Positions 1 to 11,479 of a DNA stretch of 64,000 bases are shown in pieces (the first letter of the stretch is position 1; the number at the start of each line of letters is the position of its first letter). The translations under genes and the position numbers were made by a program. Under the pieces are notes generated by a model. That model saw only the letters and a list, made by a program, of their open reading frames with translations. It was not told the origin of the DNA and searched no databases. Source of the stretch: Ginglymostoma cirratum (Eukaryota); contig JAHRHZ010000036.1 in NCBI GenBank assembly GCA_024137785.1, positions 1,174,333 through 1,238,332 on the forward strand. Direction: 5' to 3'.

Positions 1-196
1 GCTTTATTTTCATTCGATATTGTTTATTCTCTTTGTCACTTCTGGAATCTATCGTTTATAAGAGTAGCCTCACACCGGTTTAGTTTGATGTCAGTTCTAC
101 TTCAGTGTTTTCACCTGTGATATGGAAAGTATGATGAACAAAACCAGCCTCTCTACCTAGCACTTTTTCCTATAACCTTACAGAGTAACCTGTTTT

Positions 197-684
197 AGGA
201 AGGATATTATTAAACTGCAGACGGTTCAGGAAAGAGTTTACCAGGATGTTGCTGGGAATGGAGGGTTTGAGTTATAAAAATAGACTGGAAAGGCTGGGAC
301 TTGTTCACTGGAGCATAGGAGGTCGAAGGGTGACCTTGTTGAGGTTTACAAAATCATGAGGACATAGATAAGGTGAATGACAAGATTCTTTTCCCTAGCG
401 TAAAAGAGTTAAAAACTAGGGGGTATACTTTTAAGATGAGAGGAGAGTCAACTTTTTTTACACGGAGAGTGGATCATGTGTGTCATGAGCTTCCAGAGGA
501 AGTGGTGGATGCAGGTACAGTTAGAACGGTTAAAAGACATTTAGATAAGTTCATGAAGAGGAAAGGTTTGGAGGGATAGGGGCCAAGCACAGGCAGGTGG
601 GACGAGTTTAGTTTAGGAACATGGTCAGTGTGGACTGGTTGGACCGAAGGGTCCATTTCCATGCTGTATGACTCAATGACTATA
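197..684 (+). mobile_element. CR1/HER1-type LINE, 3' fragment
   Basis: Decayed ORF2 C-terminus (FTRMLLG; GDL.EVYKIM; VVDAGTV.T.KRHLDKFM), followed by the 3' UTR ending in a short tandem tail (tatgactcaatgacta). Confidence 0.85.
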
Positions 685-687
685 ACT

Positions 688-750
688 TTAACAAAGGCCT
701 TTGATGCTGTCAATTATGAGGCACTTAGAAATATTCTGCTGAAATATGGA
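688..750 (+). mobile_element. RTE-clade LINE reverse transcriptase fragment
   Basis: Translates LTKAFDAVNYEALRNILLKYG, matching the RTE/BovB-type motif DLxKAFDxVxRxxLWxxLxKxG. Confidence 0.6.
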
Positions 751-999
751 GGTATAAAATTAAGTAGAAAGTGTACAATTTAAAAAATGCTGCATAAACT
801 ATATATGTAATTAATTATATCTGCTTAACTTCTTTGAGTAGACAGTAGCACACATGAAGAAATATGTACACTGCACTTATTCAGCAGAATTGTCTTCTCA
901 TCATGGAAGGTCTGAGTTTGCAGCTCTGTACAAGCTCACACTTAATTAAGGCAGCTTCTGAGAGGAATCACTGTTTTCTTCCACTTTGCTCTGAGGATT

Positions 1000-1110
1000 A
1001 GCCATCTCTAATTGACCTGGAGAAGATGGTAATGATCCATCTTCTTGAACCATTGCAGTCCATGTTGTTCAAGTACACCCATAGCGCTTTGAAGGGAATT
1101 GCAGGATTTA
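1000..1110 (-). mobile_element. CR1/L2-group LINE 3' fragment (same family as 39975-40620)
   Basis: ctaattgacctggagaagatggt...gtacacccatagcgct...caggattt aligns by eye with 40010-40100. Confidence 0.55.
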
Positions 1111-1344
1111 TTTAAAATTATTTCAAGGAATACCGCAGCTTTCCTGACTGTTGAGTTTGGAATGATGTAAGTAGTCTGCATACAAGGACAAAATATAAGG
1201 AGAGAACAAATTCATGTTCTTCAAATAATTTTAAAACGTCAAAACGGAGATACAAGAGGCTCTGACCTCAATACTGCCCTCCATTGGCTGCTGTGAAGAA
1301 CAGCATTTATTGAGAAAAGTTTGGACCAAGTTCCTGAGTTCTCC

Positions 1345-1590
1345 AGTCAACAGCACGGAAACAGACCCTTTGGTCCAACTTACCCATGTTCACCAGATAT
1401 CCTAAACATCTAGTCCCATTTGCCAGCATTTCCTCTAAACCCTCCCTGTTCATATTCCCTCTAAACCCTCCCTATTCATATTCCCATCCAGATGCCTTTT
1501 TAATGTTGTAATTGTACTAGGTTCTACCACCACTTCCTGTGGCAGTTCATTCCATATACGCACCACCTTCTGCATGAAAAAGGTGCCCAT
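1345..1590 (-). mobile_element. CR1/HER1 LINE 3' end with an internal 26-bp tandem duplication
   Basis: Reverse complement of the CR1 3' UTR (cagcacggaaacagaccctt...). ctctaaaccctccct(g/a)ttcatattcc is duplicated at about 1432-1485. Confidence 0.75.
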
Positions 1591-1624
1591 TAGTTGTCAA
1601 AGGATATGTTATTATTCTCAGTCT

Positions 1625-2006
1625 TTCTGTTTATTCTTTCATGTGATGCATTAGGGTCAACATTTGCTAGCCTGAATGCCCTTTAGTTGTGTGTTTTGCT
1701 AGATTATTTCAGAGGGCAATTAATGGTCAACCACATTACGTGGGTCTGGAGTCACATATAGAGTAGACTGGGTAAGAATGGCAGGTTTCCTTCCCAAAAA
1801 GACTTTAGAGAGCAAGATTTTTTTTTAACAGCAAAGGATTATAGTTTCATTAGTATTATTACCGAGAATAGTTTTCAATTCAGATTTATTAATTGAATTT
1901 AAATTCTACAACATATTAGGGTGAGATTTGAACCCATATTTCCAGAGTGTTAGCCTGGGCCTCTGTCCTAGAATGCCAGTGATGTTATTCACTTCATCAC
2001 TGGCTC
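1625..2006 (-). mobile_element. tRNA-headed SINE, family B (diverged)
   Basis: Reverse complement of the 11835-12197 family (gtgggtctggagtcacat...gtttccttccc; gatttgaaccc B-box). Confidence 0.7.
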
Positions 2007-2329
2007 AGCAAATTGTGTAACCCTTGTAACCCTGTGTGCGCATTCAGCGTAAAGTGCAGAGACAATGGAATATAATGTGGGAAAATGTGAAGTCATCCAC
2101 TTGGGAGGAAAAATGAAAAAGCAGAGTGTTACTTAAACAGAGAATGACTGTGGAATTCCGAGCCGTGGGTTTTCAACTGCATGAGTCACAAACAGTTAAT
2201 ATGCAATGTATACAAGAAGGCTGATGAAATGCCATCCTTTATTATGAGACAAATTTAACACAAAAATAAGGGTTTTGGCAAACACCTGGCCAAACACCAG
2301 AAGTGAGAGGGGAGTTAAGTGGACAAGAT

Positions 2330-2472
2330 AAAAGAGTTCTGAGGAAGGGTCACTGGACACAAAGCGTTAATTCTGATTCCTCTTCACAAATGCTGCTAGA
2401 CCTGCTGAGATTTTCCAGAAATTTCTGTTTTTGTTTCTGATTCACAGCATCTGCAATTCTTTCGGTTTCTAT
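2330..2472 (+). mobile_element. Penelope-like element terminal repeat (pLTR) fragment with degenerate hammerhead motif
   Basis: agttctgaggaagggtcactggacacaaagcgtt... followed by the atgctgctagacctgctgag block shared with other pLTR copies in the window. Confidence 0.7.
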
Positions 2473-2630
2473 AATATAAGGGTGTTATGCTGCAGTTTCA
2501 CTGGAAACTGTTGAGACCACATCTCAAATACTATGTGCTGTTTTGGTCTCAATATTTAAAGAAGGACGTATTTCCATTGGAGGCAATTCAGACAAGGTTT
2601 ACTTGAATGATAACTGGAATGCGTGGGTTG

Positions 2631-3530
2631 TGTAAAGTCCACTCTTACTTCTTTGGGCAATGGACTAGAAAATGGGAAGAAGTACCACTTTAAACCAAGG
2701 AAATGGTGGAAGATGTTGCAGTTCTATAAATGAATTACATTGTATGTTTTATCTACAATGTTACCTTATTCAAGCAGTAGGGGAGAATTCTAAATAGTTT
2801 AGCTGCATGCGTGTATGTATTCAGGGCAGTTATTTCCAGACATAATCCTTTGATTGTTTTTTCAATTGACCAGTTATTGCGGGTTCAGGCAAGCTCAGCA
2901 TAGCAACAACATTTTGGTTGGCTCCTGGGCACATGGTAACAGTCCTGTAAATGGACATAGAGCAGAAACATTCATCTTCCTCAGTGGAGAAGTGAGGGAA
3001 AATCTTCTGGTCATTGTTCTCACTCACCATTTTTTGGTAAAAGGGGAAAAAAATCACCTTAAAGGGAAAATCCAAAACCAGTGAGTGAAAGATTAAGAAT
3101 TGGTGTATCCACAGTCTAGCATCATTAGCCAAGAATCAGAAGGAGTCGTATGAAAACAACTCATTGATGTCTGTGATCCGGACTGGTGCCAGACCTGTGC
3201 TCTTCTCACTTTTGTTTCCCACCCATAATAATTGCATCTTTTGTCGTCTCTTTGTATGTCTGTTTGCATGTGTAAGAGAATTTTAAAAAGGGGGTAGAGT
3301 TTAAGTTGTGGAGATATAAGTTCGCAATTCATGTTATTTTCTTGCCATTGGGTAAAAACAGTTTATTGATTATAAATAAATATTTTCTTATTAGTGAAAA
3401 ACCTGGTGTGAATACACTGCTAACCTGAATTAGATAGCTAGATAAACTTGGGTAATTTGATGATTTAATCAAAATTTGTACAGTAGTGACGTCTTGATTT
3501 TCAGCACACGACCTCAATGAATTGTGACCA
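2631..3530 (+). mobile_element. Solo LTR, family 1 (about 900 bp), inserted in CR1
   Basis: Starts TGTAA and ends TGTGACCA with an internal AATAAA. It splits a CR1 that is continuous across it (gggttg|...|ttgtcttac). The 3' half is homologous to 18399-18890. Confidence 0.65.
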
Positions 3531-4089
3531 TTGTCTTACAAGGAAAGTTCGGACAAGTTGGTCTTGTTTCCATTGGATTTTAGATTGAAGGGTACAAAAT
3601 CCTGAAGGGTCTTGACAAGGTGGACTTGGAGAGAATGTTCCCTTCTGTGGGTCCATCCAGAACTTAGGGCAGTCTCTGCCTCAGAAGACGGTGGAAGTTG
3701 AATCATTAAATATTTTTAAGATGCTATTGAATTGATTCCTGTTAGGCAGGGAAATGAAGGGTCATCTGTAGAAGATAAGAATGTGGAATTTGAAACACAA
3801 ATAGATAATTCATAATCTTATTGTATGGCAGATCAGGCCTGACAGGCTGAATGGTCTCATTCTGCTCCTATGTCATAATTTCATGGGCTCAAATGTATGC
3901 CCAGTGTGAATATTTATCACTGAATCAACAACACTAAAGTATAAGTTATGTGGTCCTCACTATATTGTTTCCTTCTGGGAGCTTTCTTTATGCAGATTGA
4001 CTTGATGTACTTTGCTCTCAGTAGAGGAAAACCCGGGTTCCTGGTCCTGACTGTTATCCATAGATCATTGCTACACAGTTGTTGTGCAC

Positions 4090-4435
4090 TTACGTGTTTC
4101 AATCTGTGTATATGTTCATTTATGCGGCATGTGTCTGACTGTGAGCATGCATTTGTGTATCCCTGTGAGTTTGTGTGTACGTGCGTGCATACACTTCTAT
4201 TCTTGTTTATTTGTGCTCGTGTTTTTCAGTGTTTGCATGTGAGGTTGTGTCTCCATGTATGCTGGAGAGTGTGTGTGTGCATGTGTATATTTGTGCATTC
4301 ATGTGAATACTTGTACATACATGTGTTCACATGTATCTATGTATTTGTGTGTGTGATTTTGTGTATGCATGTGTATTCATTGCATTTCTCTCCATGTGTG
4401 CTTGAAGTTGATTTTGTGTGTGTGTGTGTGTATCC
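4090..4435. repeat. Degenerate (TG)n-rich simple repeat
   Basis: Runs of gtgt/atgtgt/gcatgt. Confidence 0.85.
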
Positions 4436-4984
4436 CACATGGAAATAGGTTGATGTTAGCCTATGAGTCCTGATAACTGGCTTCACACAGGATTCATTTC
4501 AAACCGAAGAGTTTGGTGAAGAAGGATAAAACTGGGAGACTACTAGCATTTTGACATTTCTGATATGACAGAAAATGTGAACAGCAGGTTGTAATGTGTA
4601 GTTACAACAAAATATCAGCAAGGGGCAGTGTAAAGCTGTAGATTAAACCAGCAGAGACAGGGTCTGATTAAAAATCTTCACTTTGGGCCAGCGATAAGGG
4701 CAGCACTTTCTCATAGTATTGTCTATACTTATTCATAACATTCTCTTCCATACCATTCCAGAAAAATGTATCCGTCACATTCAAACTTTTCTTGCCTACT
4801 GAGTTCTTTAATTGCAATTACTTAAATGCAGAGATATTAAAGCTATTAAGACTGAAGTCATGAACATGGATGCTTCAATCAAAGTGGGAGTCCCTACTTC
4901 CAACCCAGACCTGACAAAACTTGCCCATTTAGCTTTCCATGAATTTTCGAGCCAAAATTGTGAAGCAGGATCCATTGCAACGAA

Positions 4985-5700
4985 AGTACATAGAACATAG
5001 AATGGTACGGCGCAGGAACAGACCCTTCGGTCCACCATGTCTGTGCTGACCATGATGCCATTCTAAACTAATCCCATCTGCCCGCACATAGTCCATATCT
5101 CTCTATTCCCTGCCTGTTCCTGTGCTTGTCTAAATGCCTCTTAAACGTTGCTAAAATGTCTTTTTCTACCACCCCCCCGGCTGCATGTGCCAGGCACCTA
5201 CCCTCTGTGTAAAAACTTGCCTTGTGCATCTCCCTTAAACCTTTCCCCTCTCAACTTAAACCCTAATATTTGATTTCCACCCTGGGCTAAAGACACTGAC
5301 AATCCACCCTATCCATGCCTCTCAGGTTTTTACACAAGTCTATCGGGCCACCCCCCAGCCTCCGACGTTGTCCCAAAAACAGTCGAAGTTTGTCCAACCC
5401 CTTTAGCTAGTACACTTCAGTCTGGGCAACAACCTCTTCCTCACACTCTCCAAAGCCTCCCATATCCCTCCTTTGGTGCAGTGACCAGAACTGCACATAA
5501 TTCTCCAAATGTAGCCTAACCAATGTCTTATGCAACTGCAACACAATTTGCTGACTTTTATATTCAGTGTCCTGGGCACCATCCTATCCACTTGTGCTGC
5601 CACTTTCAGGGAGCTACGGACTTGCAGCCAAGATGCACCAAAGCTTCTAAGGGTCCTGCCAATCACTGTATTCTTTCTTCTTGCACTTGAGCTCCCAAAA
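4985..5700 (-). mobile_element. CR1/HER1 LINE 3' fragment
   Basis: catagaacatagaa tail, then antisense ORF2 (ORF 5403-5747: LGYIWRIMCSSGH...EALESVRKRLLPRL). Confidence 0.8.
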
Positions 5701-6359
5701 AAGTCATCCAGGAAACCATGCAGGTAACACTGGAAGCGAACATTCACCAGTATTCATGCTCTCTTTTTATGACAAGTAGCTTCTGCGTCCCAGTAAACAC
5801 GGTATTAAATCATTCCCAAACCACTTTGACAGCTGCTGAGAGATAGCGTGTGTGTAAGAGAAATGGGTGAAGGTGCTGCAGTGTCGTTGAGTAAAGGTGA
5901 TAGGGTGGAAGATGATTGAGGGGGGTGTGGAGGCAGGCGAATGGATGAGGATAGGGGTGAGTCAGGTGCAAGGGATGGTCAGTCAAGTATAAGAGATAAA
6001 AGCTGCTGCAAGTATATGTGTTTTGGAGAGAATGTTAGTTAGGTGTCGGTGGGAAGGGTGTCCGTGAGGATGGGCTGTGTGTCTGTGGGGGTGGGGTCAC
6101 TTTTTCAACGCAGGGGTCAGTGTGAATGATGGAGGGCGAGCGACCTTTTACAGTTAGCCAGGGAGTTAGATCTTCTGTAACTGTTAAGGTAGAGCCAAAA
6201 CTCTCCAATGTCTCCGGCCTGAACTCAGAGTTGGCAATGTTTTCTAAGAGTTGCAGACGCTGGGCTATTGCCCATTGTAAATTTAAAATTTCCCAGTCAA
6301 TTGCTGTGCAGTCTGATCGATCCAAGCCACCATTTTGCAGGGAGCACATAATTGCACAA

Positions 6360-6830
6360 GGGAGGGGATTTACAAATAAATGTTATTAGGGCTTGAAAAG
6401 TGCAGCTTTGTGGAAAGATTATTTAGGCTGGGATTGCCTTCCTCAAAACAGAGGAGGCTGAGGGATGCTGCAGTCAAGATGCACAAAATTGACGGACTTG
6501 CACAGACCGGTTTCCTCTATTGGAGATGTTGGTTACCGGGGAGCACAGGTTTAAGGGGATTGGAAGAAGGATTAAAGATGACAGGAGGAAAAACTTTTTC
6601 TCCCAAAGGATGGTGGGTGCCTGAAGTTCACTGCCTGGTTTGCTGATTAAGGCAGGGACCCTCACTTCATTTAAGAAGAACCTGGATCTGCAGCTGAAGG
6701 GCTGGAACCTGCAAAGCCTAGGAGTTGGAAAGTGGGATTAGAACAGGTGGCTAATCTATTCTACTGTCACAAAGATGTTGGGCTGAACGGCCTTTTTCAG
6801 TGCTGTAACTTTTCTATACCCTATGGAATA
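6360..6830 (+). mobile_element. CR1 LINE 3' fragment
   Basis: FTNxLLGLEKCSFVERLFRLGLPSSKQRRLR (ORF 6380), followed by the 3' UTR. Confidence 0.75.
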
Positions 6831-6869
6831 ATAATTTAAAAGAAGGGAGGTAAGGAAGGGAGATTTAAA

Positions 6870-7169
6870 GGGTGGCGCAGTGGCTCAGTGTTTAGCAACG
6901 CTGCCTCACAACACCAGGAACCCTGGGTTTGATTCCACCCTACGGTAAATGTCTCTGTGGAGTTTGCAGTCTCCCTGGGTCTCTGTGGATTTGCACCAGC
7001 TGCTCCGGTTTCCTCCTACTGTCCAAAGATGTGCAGGTTACGTGGATTAGCTGTGGTAAATGTGAGGTTACAGGGGTACTGCCGAGAGGCTGGGTGGGAT
7101 GCTGTTCTGAGGGTCAGTGCAGATTCGATGGGCCAAATGGCTTCTTTCTGCACTGTAGGGATTCTATGA
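6870..7169 (+). mobile_element. HE1-type V-SINE
   Basis: tRNA-like head with A/B boxes (tggctcagtgtttag; ggtttgattcc), V-domain (ggagtttgca...ccggtttcctcc...gtccaaagatgtgcagg) and a CR1-like tail (cactgtagggattctatga). Confidence 0.9.
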
Positions 7170-7734
7170 GGTAGCAGGGCCATTTGATTGGAGCTGAACT
7201 CCTCATAATGAATGTGTGTCCATGTGTTCACTATATGTTGATACATATGAGTATGGGTGGACGTTTGCAGGCCTTCCTTGGAGGTTGGAACCTGGCTCCA
7301 ACACATGCGCCTCCCCCCGCTTGCCAGACTACCAGTTCTGTTTAGTTGCCAGCCTCTGCACACAGCATGTCACCACCTATTCTGAGTGGCATGCATAAGA
7401 AGTTAAACAAAATTGGGCTTTAATGGCACAGATTAGCTGCCTGCCTTGGAGAACAGGCAATTGATCTTCCAGACAGCAGTACCCCTCCCCCCCTGCCCCC
7501 AATCCACCCTGCTCCCGCCCTCACCCGGGAACCCTTGCCAGTGGGCCCAGATGACCCGAATCTGGGCATTCAGTAACCCTGCTCATGCATATGGGCAGAC
7601 ATCTACCACAGGCAGGCACGTACGTGTACAAACATGCATGGACACACACACTTACACGCACGCATACTCGCATGTGCACACCACACCCACACATGCACAT
7701 TTACCCACACAAGCATGCACATTTGCATTGATAC

Positions 7735-7960
7735 AGTTAGTTCAGTTGGCTGGATGACTGATTCATATTGCAGATTGATGCCATCAGTTTGGTTTCAATT
7801 CCTGCACCGGCTGAAGTTGCCCTCGAGGAGTCTCTTTCTTAACCTCTCTCCCTCTTGCCTGAGGGGTGCTGACCGTCAGGTTAAACCACCACTGTGTCTG
7901 TCTCTCTCTCTAATGAGAGAGCAGCCTTGTTGTCTGGTAAGACAAAGATGACTTACTTTT
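7735..7960 (+). mobile_element. tRNA-headed SINE, family C
   Basis: gttagttcagttggctggatg...ggtttcaattcctgcacc...caggttaaaccacc...ctctctctaatgagaga. Homologous copies at 28943 and 51648. Confidence 0.75.
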
Positions 7961-8035
7961 ACGCGCGTGCGCGCGCGCGTGCACACACACACACACATTC
8001 TCACACTGACACATTCTCACACACACACAAACATG
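7961..8035. repeat. (CG)n(CA)n alternating purine-pyrimidine microsatellite
   Basis: acgcgcgtgcgcgcgcgcgtgcacacacacacacaca... Confidence 0.9.
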
Positions 8036-8779
8036 CATGTGCCAGATGAATAAGGGCTGCTTTGAGAGGAAGAAATTTGTTTGATCTTTAACCCGATTAG
8101 AGGGCCATCAGTATGACTGTGGCGCTGTGCCAGCTCATGATTCTGTGCTTCTCACATTTTTTCTGGACTCAGGGTCATGCCATGTTGCACACAGTCTCCC
8201 CGGGAAGCAGCTCGTTTCCAGGTACACATCTCAGAATCAAAAATATAATTACCCCTCCCCAACCTCACAACACAAATAGGCCCCAACAAATAACCAAGTA
8301 GATGGCTGACCATGTACCCAGGTGAAATCAATTACTGCATCCAATAAGACGTTCAGGGACATTAATTAAAAGAAATGTAATTAAAACCAAGCCAGCTTTA
8401 TGTGATGATGTTCTGCAGTAACCCAGGGGGCTCATGACTCCTCAGAGTAATTTACTAAGACAGGATTAATCACTGACAATACAAAATGTTAGGAACTGGT
8501 CAATTTTACAAGCCAAGATTCATCAGCTGGAGAATCTAACCTTATCTGGGTTTAAGGGAAACAGATTTCGCCTGACCTTTGGTGCACCTTTTATTGCTGC
8601 TGTTTGTCAACAGAGTCATCTTGTTTTAGAGACTGAGCTCACTGATTCTTCTGTGCAAGGGCAGGAGGAAGAAATTCACAGAAACTTAAAGGGACATGGG
8701 CAGTGGTCAGATCATCCACCTTGTGTTTGAGCTTTGGAAACCAGCCACACCTTAAAACAAATGGTCAATTTTCACAGTA

Positions 8780-9005
8780 ATGAGTGTGTGTGTGCACAGG
8801 CGCATATACACTTGTACATATTAGTGTGGATGTATGTGTATGCATGCTTGTTTGTGTGTGCATGTGGTTTATGTCTGTATGCACATGTGAGAGCGTACAC
8901 CTGCATGCACGCATTTGCCCATGCACCATTGTGTATGTGTGTGTACATGAATGAGTGAGTATATTTCTGTGCATTTGTGTGCGTGCGTGTGTGTGTGTGT
9001 TTGGG
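8780..9005. repeat. Degenerate (TG)n simple repeat
   Basis: TG/TGCA-rich run. Confidence 0.85.
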
Positions 9006-9404
9006 TATGGGTGAGGAGGCCATAACATCAGTCTCATGCCTCAAGCACAAACTGAAAGTCTGTCTCCTACATCTGCCCAAAAACTAAACAATTAGGACAA
9101 GATGAAAGAGAGATTGTTATTGGTAAAGTGAGCAGATTTTCAAACCTGTAAACTGGGATTCGCCCAGGTAATGCCCCTTCAGAACAGGATTAGATTTCTC
9201 AATGTAGCTCTTCAAAGGGCATCACCTTGTCCAAGTTTACTGCAGTACCATCAGAAACAAGTGAATTGGTTATAAATCAGAGCCTTATCATCTCTTCAGA
9301 GTCAAATCCCTGGCAAGACCCAAGGAAACCATGTGTCATTAACAACTTAGATGTGTGCCTCCCTCCTGTCTTCCTGATTCCTGCTTTTTTGCTTGACCCA
9401 GAAG

Positions 9405-10015
9405 TGTTGTTCCTAAGAATGACCCTGAGCTTCCAGTTGCCTGCCACTCCAACATACCACTGTGTTCCCTGGCCAACATCTGTGTCTCGGGCTTGCTGCA
9501 GTGCTTCAGCGAAGCTCAGCGCAAGCTGGAAGAACAGCATCTCACCTTCCCTGCAGGGACCCTGCAGTCTTCAGGACTCAGTATCAAATTCAATAATTTT
9601 AGAACCTAAACGCCACCTTCTATGTCATTTACCACCCTCACACCCCAGGCCTTTTCATCGCATGAGCTAGTTTCACAGTCAAACCATCTTCACCCACTCA
9701 TGGTCCCCATTAGCAGCTTTACTTCTTTCCTGTTTTACTATCATCCATCCTTTTCAGCCTACCTCTCTTTATGTCTCTCTCCCTGGACTCTGTTTCCATT
9801 GATCCTCTCAGTCTCTGGCCAACCTCAGTCTCTGGCCAACCCCAGTCTCCACTCACTCCCCAACCCTCTCCACCCCACCCATGCCACACACCCCCTCACC
9901 CCCCATCAGCATACATGCCACCGTTCTGTAGTTACTATCAGTTCTGAAGAAGGGTCACCAGACTCAAAACATTAACTCTGCTTTCTCTCTCCACAGATGC
10001 TGGGTTTCTCAAATG
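9405..10015 (+). mobile_element. Penelope-like element 3' part: GIY-YIG C-terminus, UTR and pLTR start
   Basis: Translates KNDPELPVACHSN...ANICVSGLLQCFSEAQRKLEEQHLTF..GTLQSSGLSIKFNNFRT*, the typical PLE endonuclease C-terminus. A hammerhead-like agttctgaagaagggtcaccagactcaaaacatt follows at about 9940. Confidence 0.8.
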
Positions 10016-10069
10016 ATTGCAGAAGCGCTTCCCATCAGCATGCATTATTTAGGAGTGTAAATGTTGTGC

Positions 10070-10515
10070 TGAGAACAAAGGAACATCAGACTCAAGAAGA
10101 CGCCATTTGGCTCTTCAGCTCCACTCTGCCATTCAATAAGATCATGTCTGATCAAGGTGTGTCTCAACTTCACCTTTGTTTTTGCTTCCCATAGCCTCCC
10201 ATTCCCTTTTCTGTCCAAAATCTAACTCAGCATTGAATAAAATGAAAAATCCAGCCTGCACTGTGGAAGAAGAATTCTATACCTTCTGAGAGATAAACAC
10301 TTTCCAACATTCTATTCTTAACAGGCAGACCTCCTGTTCTTAAACTACTTCCTCTGGTTTTAGTCTGCCCCTCAATAGGAAACATCTCCCAGGTATCCAC
10401 ACAACCCAGTCCTCTGAGGTTTGTATATATTTCAGTAAGATTTTCTGTCATTGTTTGAATCTCCAGTGAATAAGGGCCCAGCCTGTTCAATCTTTCCTAA
10501 TAAAATGAGCCTATC
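10070..10515 (-). mobile_element. CR1 LINE 3' fragment
   Basis: ORF 10227-10490 (LNRLGPYSLE...ENLTEIYTNLRGL...MFPIEGQTKTRG) is the CR1 ORF2 C-terminus. Confidence 0.8.
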
Positions 10516-10852
10516 ATCATAGAATCCTTACAGTGTGGAAACAGGCCCTTCAGCCCAAGAAGTCCACACCAACCCTGACAGCATTCCACCCAGAGCTATT
10601 CCCCCACCCTTTTTCCCCATAACCCACTTAATCTACACCTCCCTGGACACTATGGAGCAGTTTAGCATAGCAAATCCATCTAACCTGCACATCTTTGGAC
10701 TGTGGGAGGAAACCGGAGCACCCGGAGGAAACCCACGCAGACACAGGGAGAATGTGCAAACTCCACACAGACCGTTGCCTGAGAGTGGAATCGAACCCAG
10801 GTCCCTAGTGCTGTGAGGCAGCAGTGCTAACCACTGAGCCACCATCCCACCC
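10516..10852 (-). mobile_element. HE1-type V-SINE, full length
   Basis: Reverse complement begins gggtgggatggtggctcagtggttagcactgctgcctcacagc; the V-domain is intact. Confidence 0.92.
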
Positions 10853-10964
10853 CATCAATTGAGACAAAGAGTCACAGCAGCTGTGTGACCGCCAGGGGAA
10901 AGGGGTAGATCTAAGATGCATGCATAAACCCAGAGAAGCAGAAGAAATGGGGAAACTGAAAACC

Positions 10965-11475
10965 ATAACACCATAAGACATAGGAGCAGAAGTAGGCCAT
11001 TCAGCCCATCAATTCTACTTTGCCATTTCATGAGGTTGTGGCTGATCTTATAATCCTCAACTCCACTTTCCTCCCCATAACACTTGATTCTCTGACTGAT
11101 TAAAAGTCTGTTATATTTGATGACACAACCTCAACAGCCCTCTGCAGTAACAAATTTCACAGATTTGCTATTTGCTGAGAGAAGAAATCTCTCCTCATCT
11201 TTGTCATAAATGAGCAACACCCTCTTCTGTGATTATCCTTCTGGTCCAAGACTCTCCCACAAGGGAGAACAACCTGTCCACATCTACCCTCACAAGTCCC
11301 TGAGAATCTTCTTTGTTTCAATAATATTTCCCCTCATTCTTCTATATTCCAATGAGTACAGGCCCAATCTACTCAGCCTCTCCTCATAAAACAGTCCCTT
11401 CATACCTGGTATTAGCCTGGTGAACCTTCTCTGGACTGCCTCTAAAACCCAGTCCATCTTTTCTAAGATAGGGAT
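10965..11475 (-). mobile_element. CR1 LINE 3' fragment
   Basis: cataagacataggagcagaagtaggccattcagccc tail, then antisense ORF2 C-terminus. Confidence 0.8.
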
Positions 11476-11479
11476 TTTG

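Larger units (their letters stand above)
2050..3875 (+). mobile_element. CR1 LINE 3' portion interrupted by a PLE fragment and a solo LTR
   Basis: ORF2 motifs (KCEVIHLG; LRPHLKYYVLFWS) run to 2630 and resume at 3531 (YKILKGLDKVD), then the 3' UTR. Confidence 0.8.

Noticed and set aside
3948-4448. 166-aa ORF, the longest in the track, rich in C/V/H
   Set aside because: It is read-through of a degenerate (TG)n repeat. The same applies to the ORFs at 7446-7951 and 8734-9080.
6870-6945. tRNA-like A/B boxes at the heads of many repeats
   Set aside because: They are SINE heads continuing into SINE bodies, with no complete cloverleaf, so they are not called as tRNA genes.
9805-9850. Short direct repeats (ctcagtctctggccaac twice; also the 26-bp duplication at 1432) as a possible CRISPR-like array
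   Set aside because: They are adjacent tandem duplications without spacers, inside retroelement sequence of a vertebrate genome.
10633-10845. Recurrent ORF family MVAQWLALLPHS...LCGVCTFS (also 6929, 22755, 33547, 34498)
   Set aside because: These are translations of HE1 SINE copies, not a gene family.
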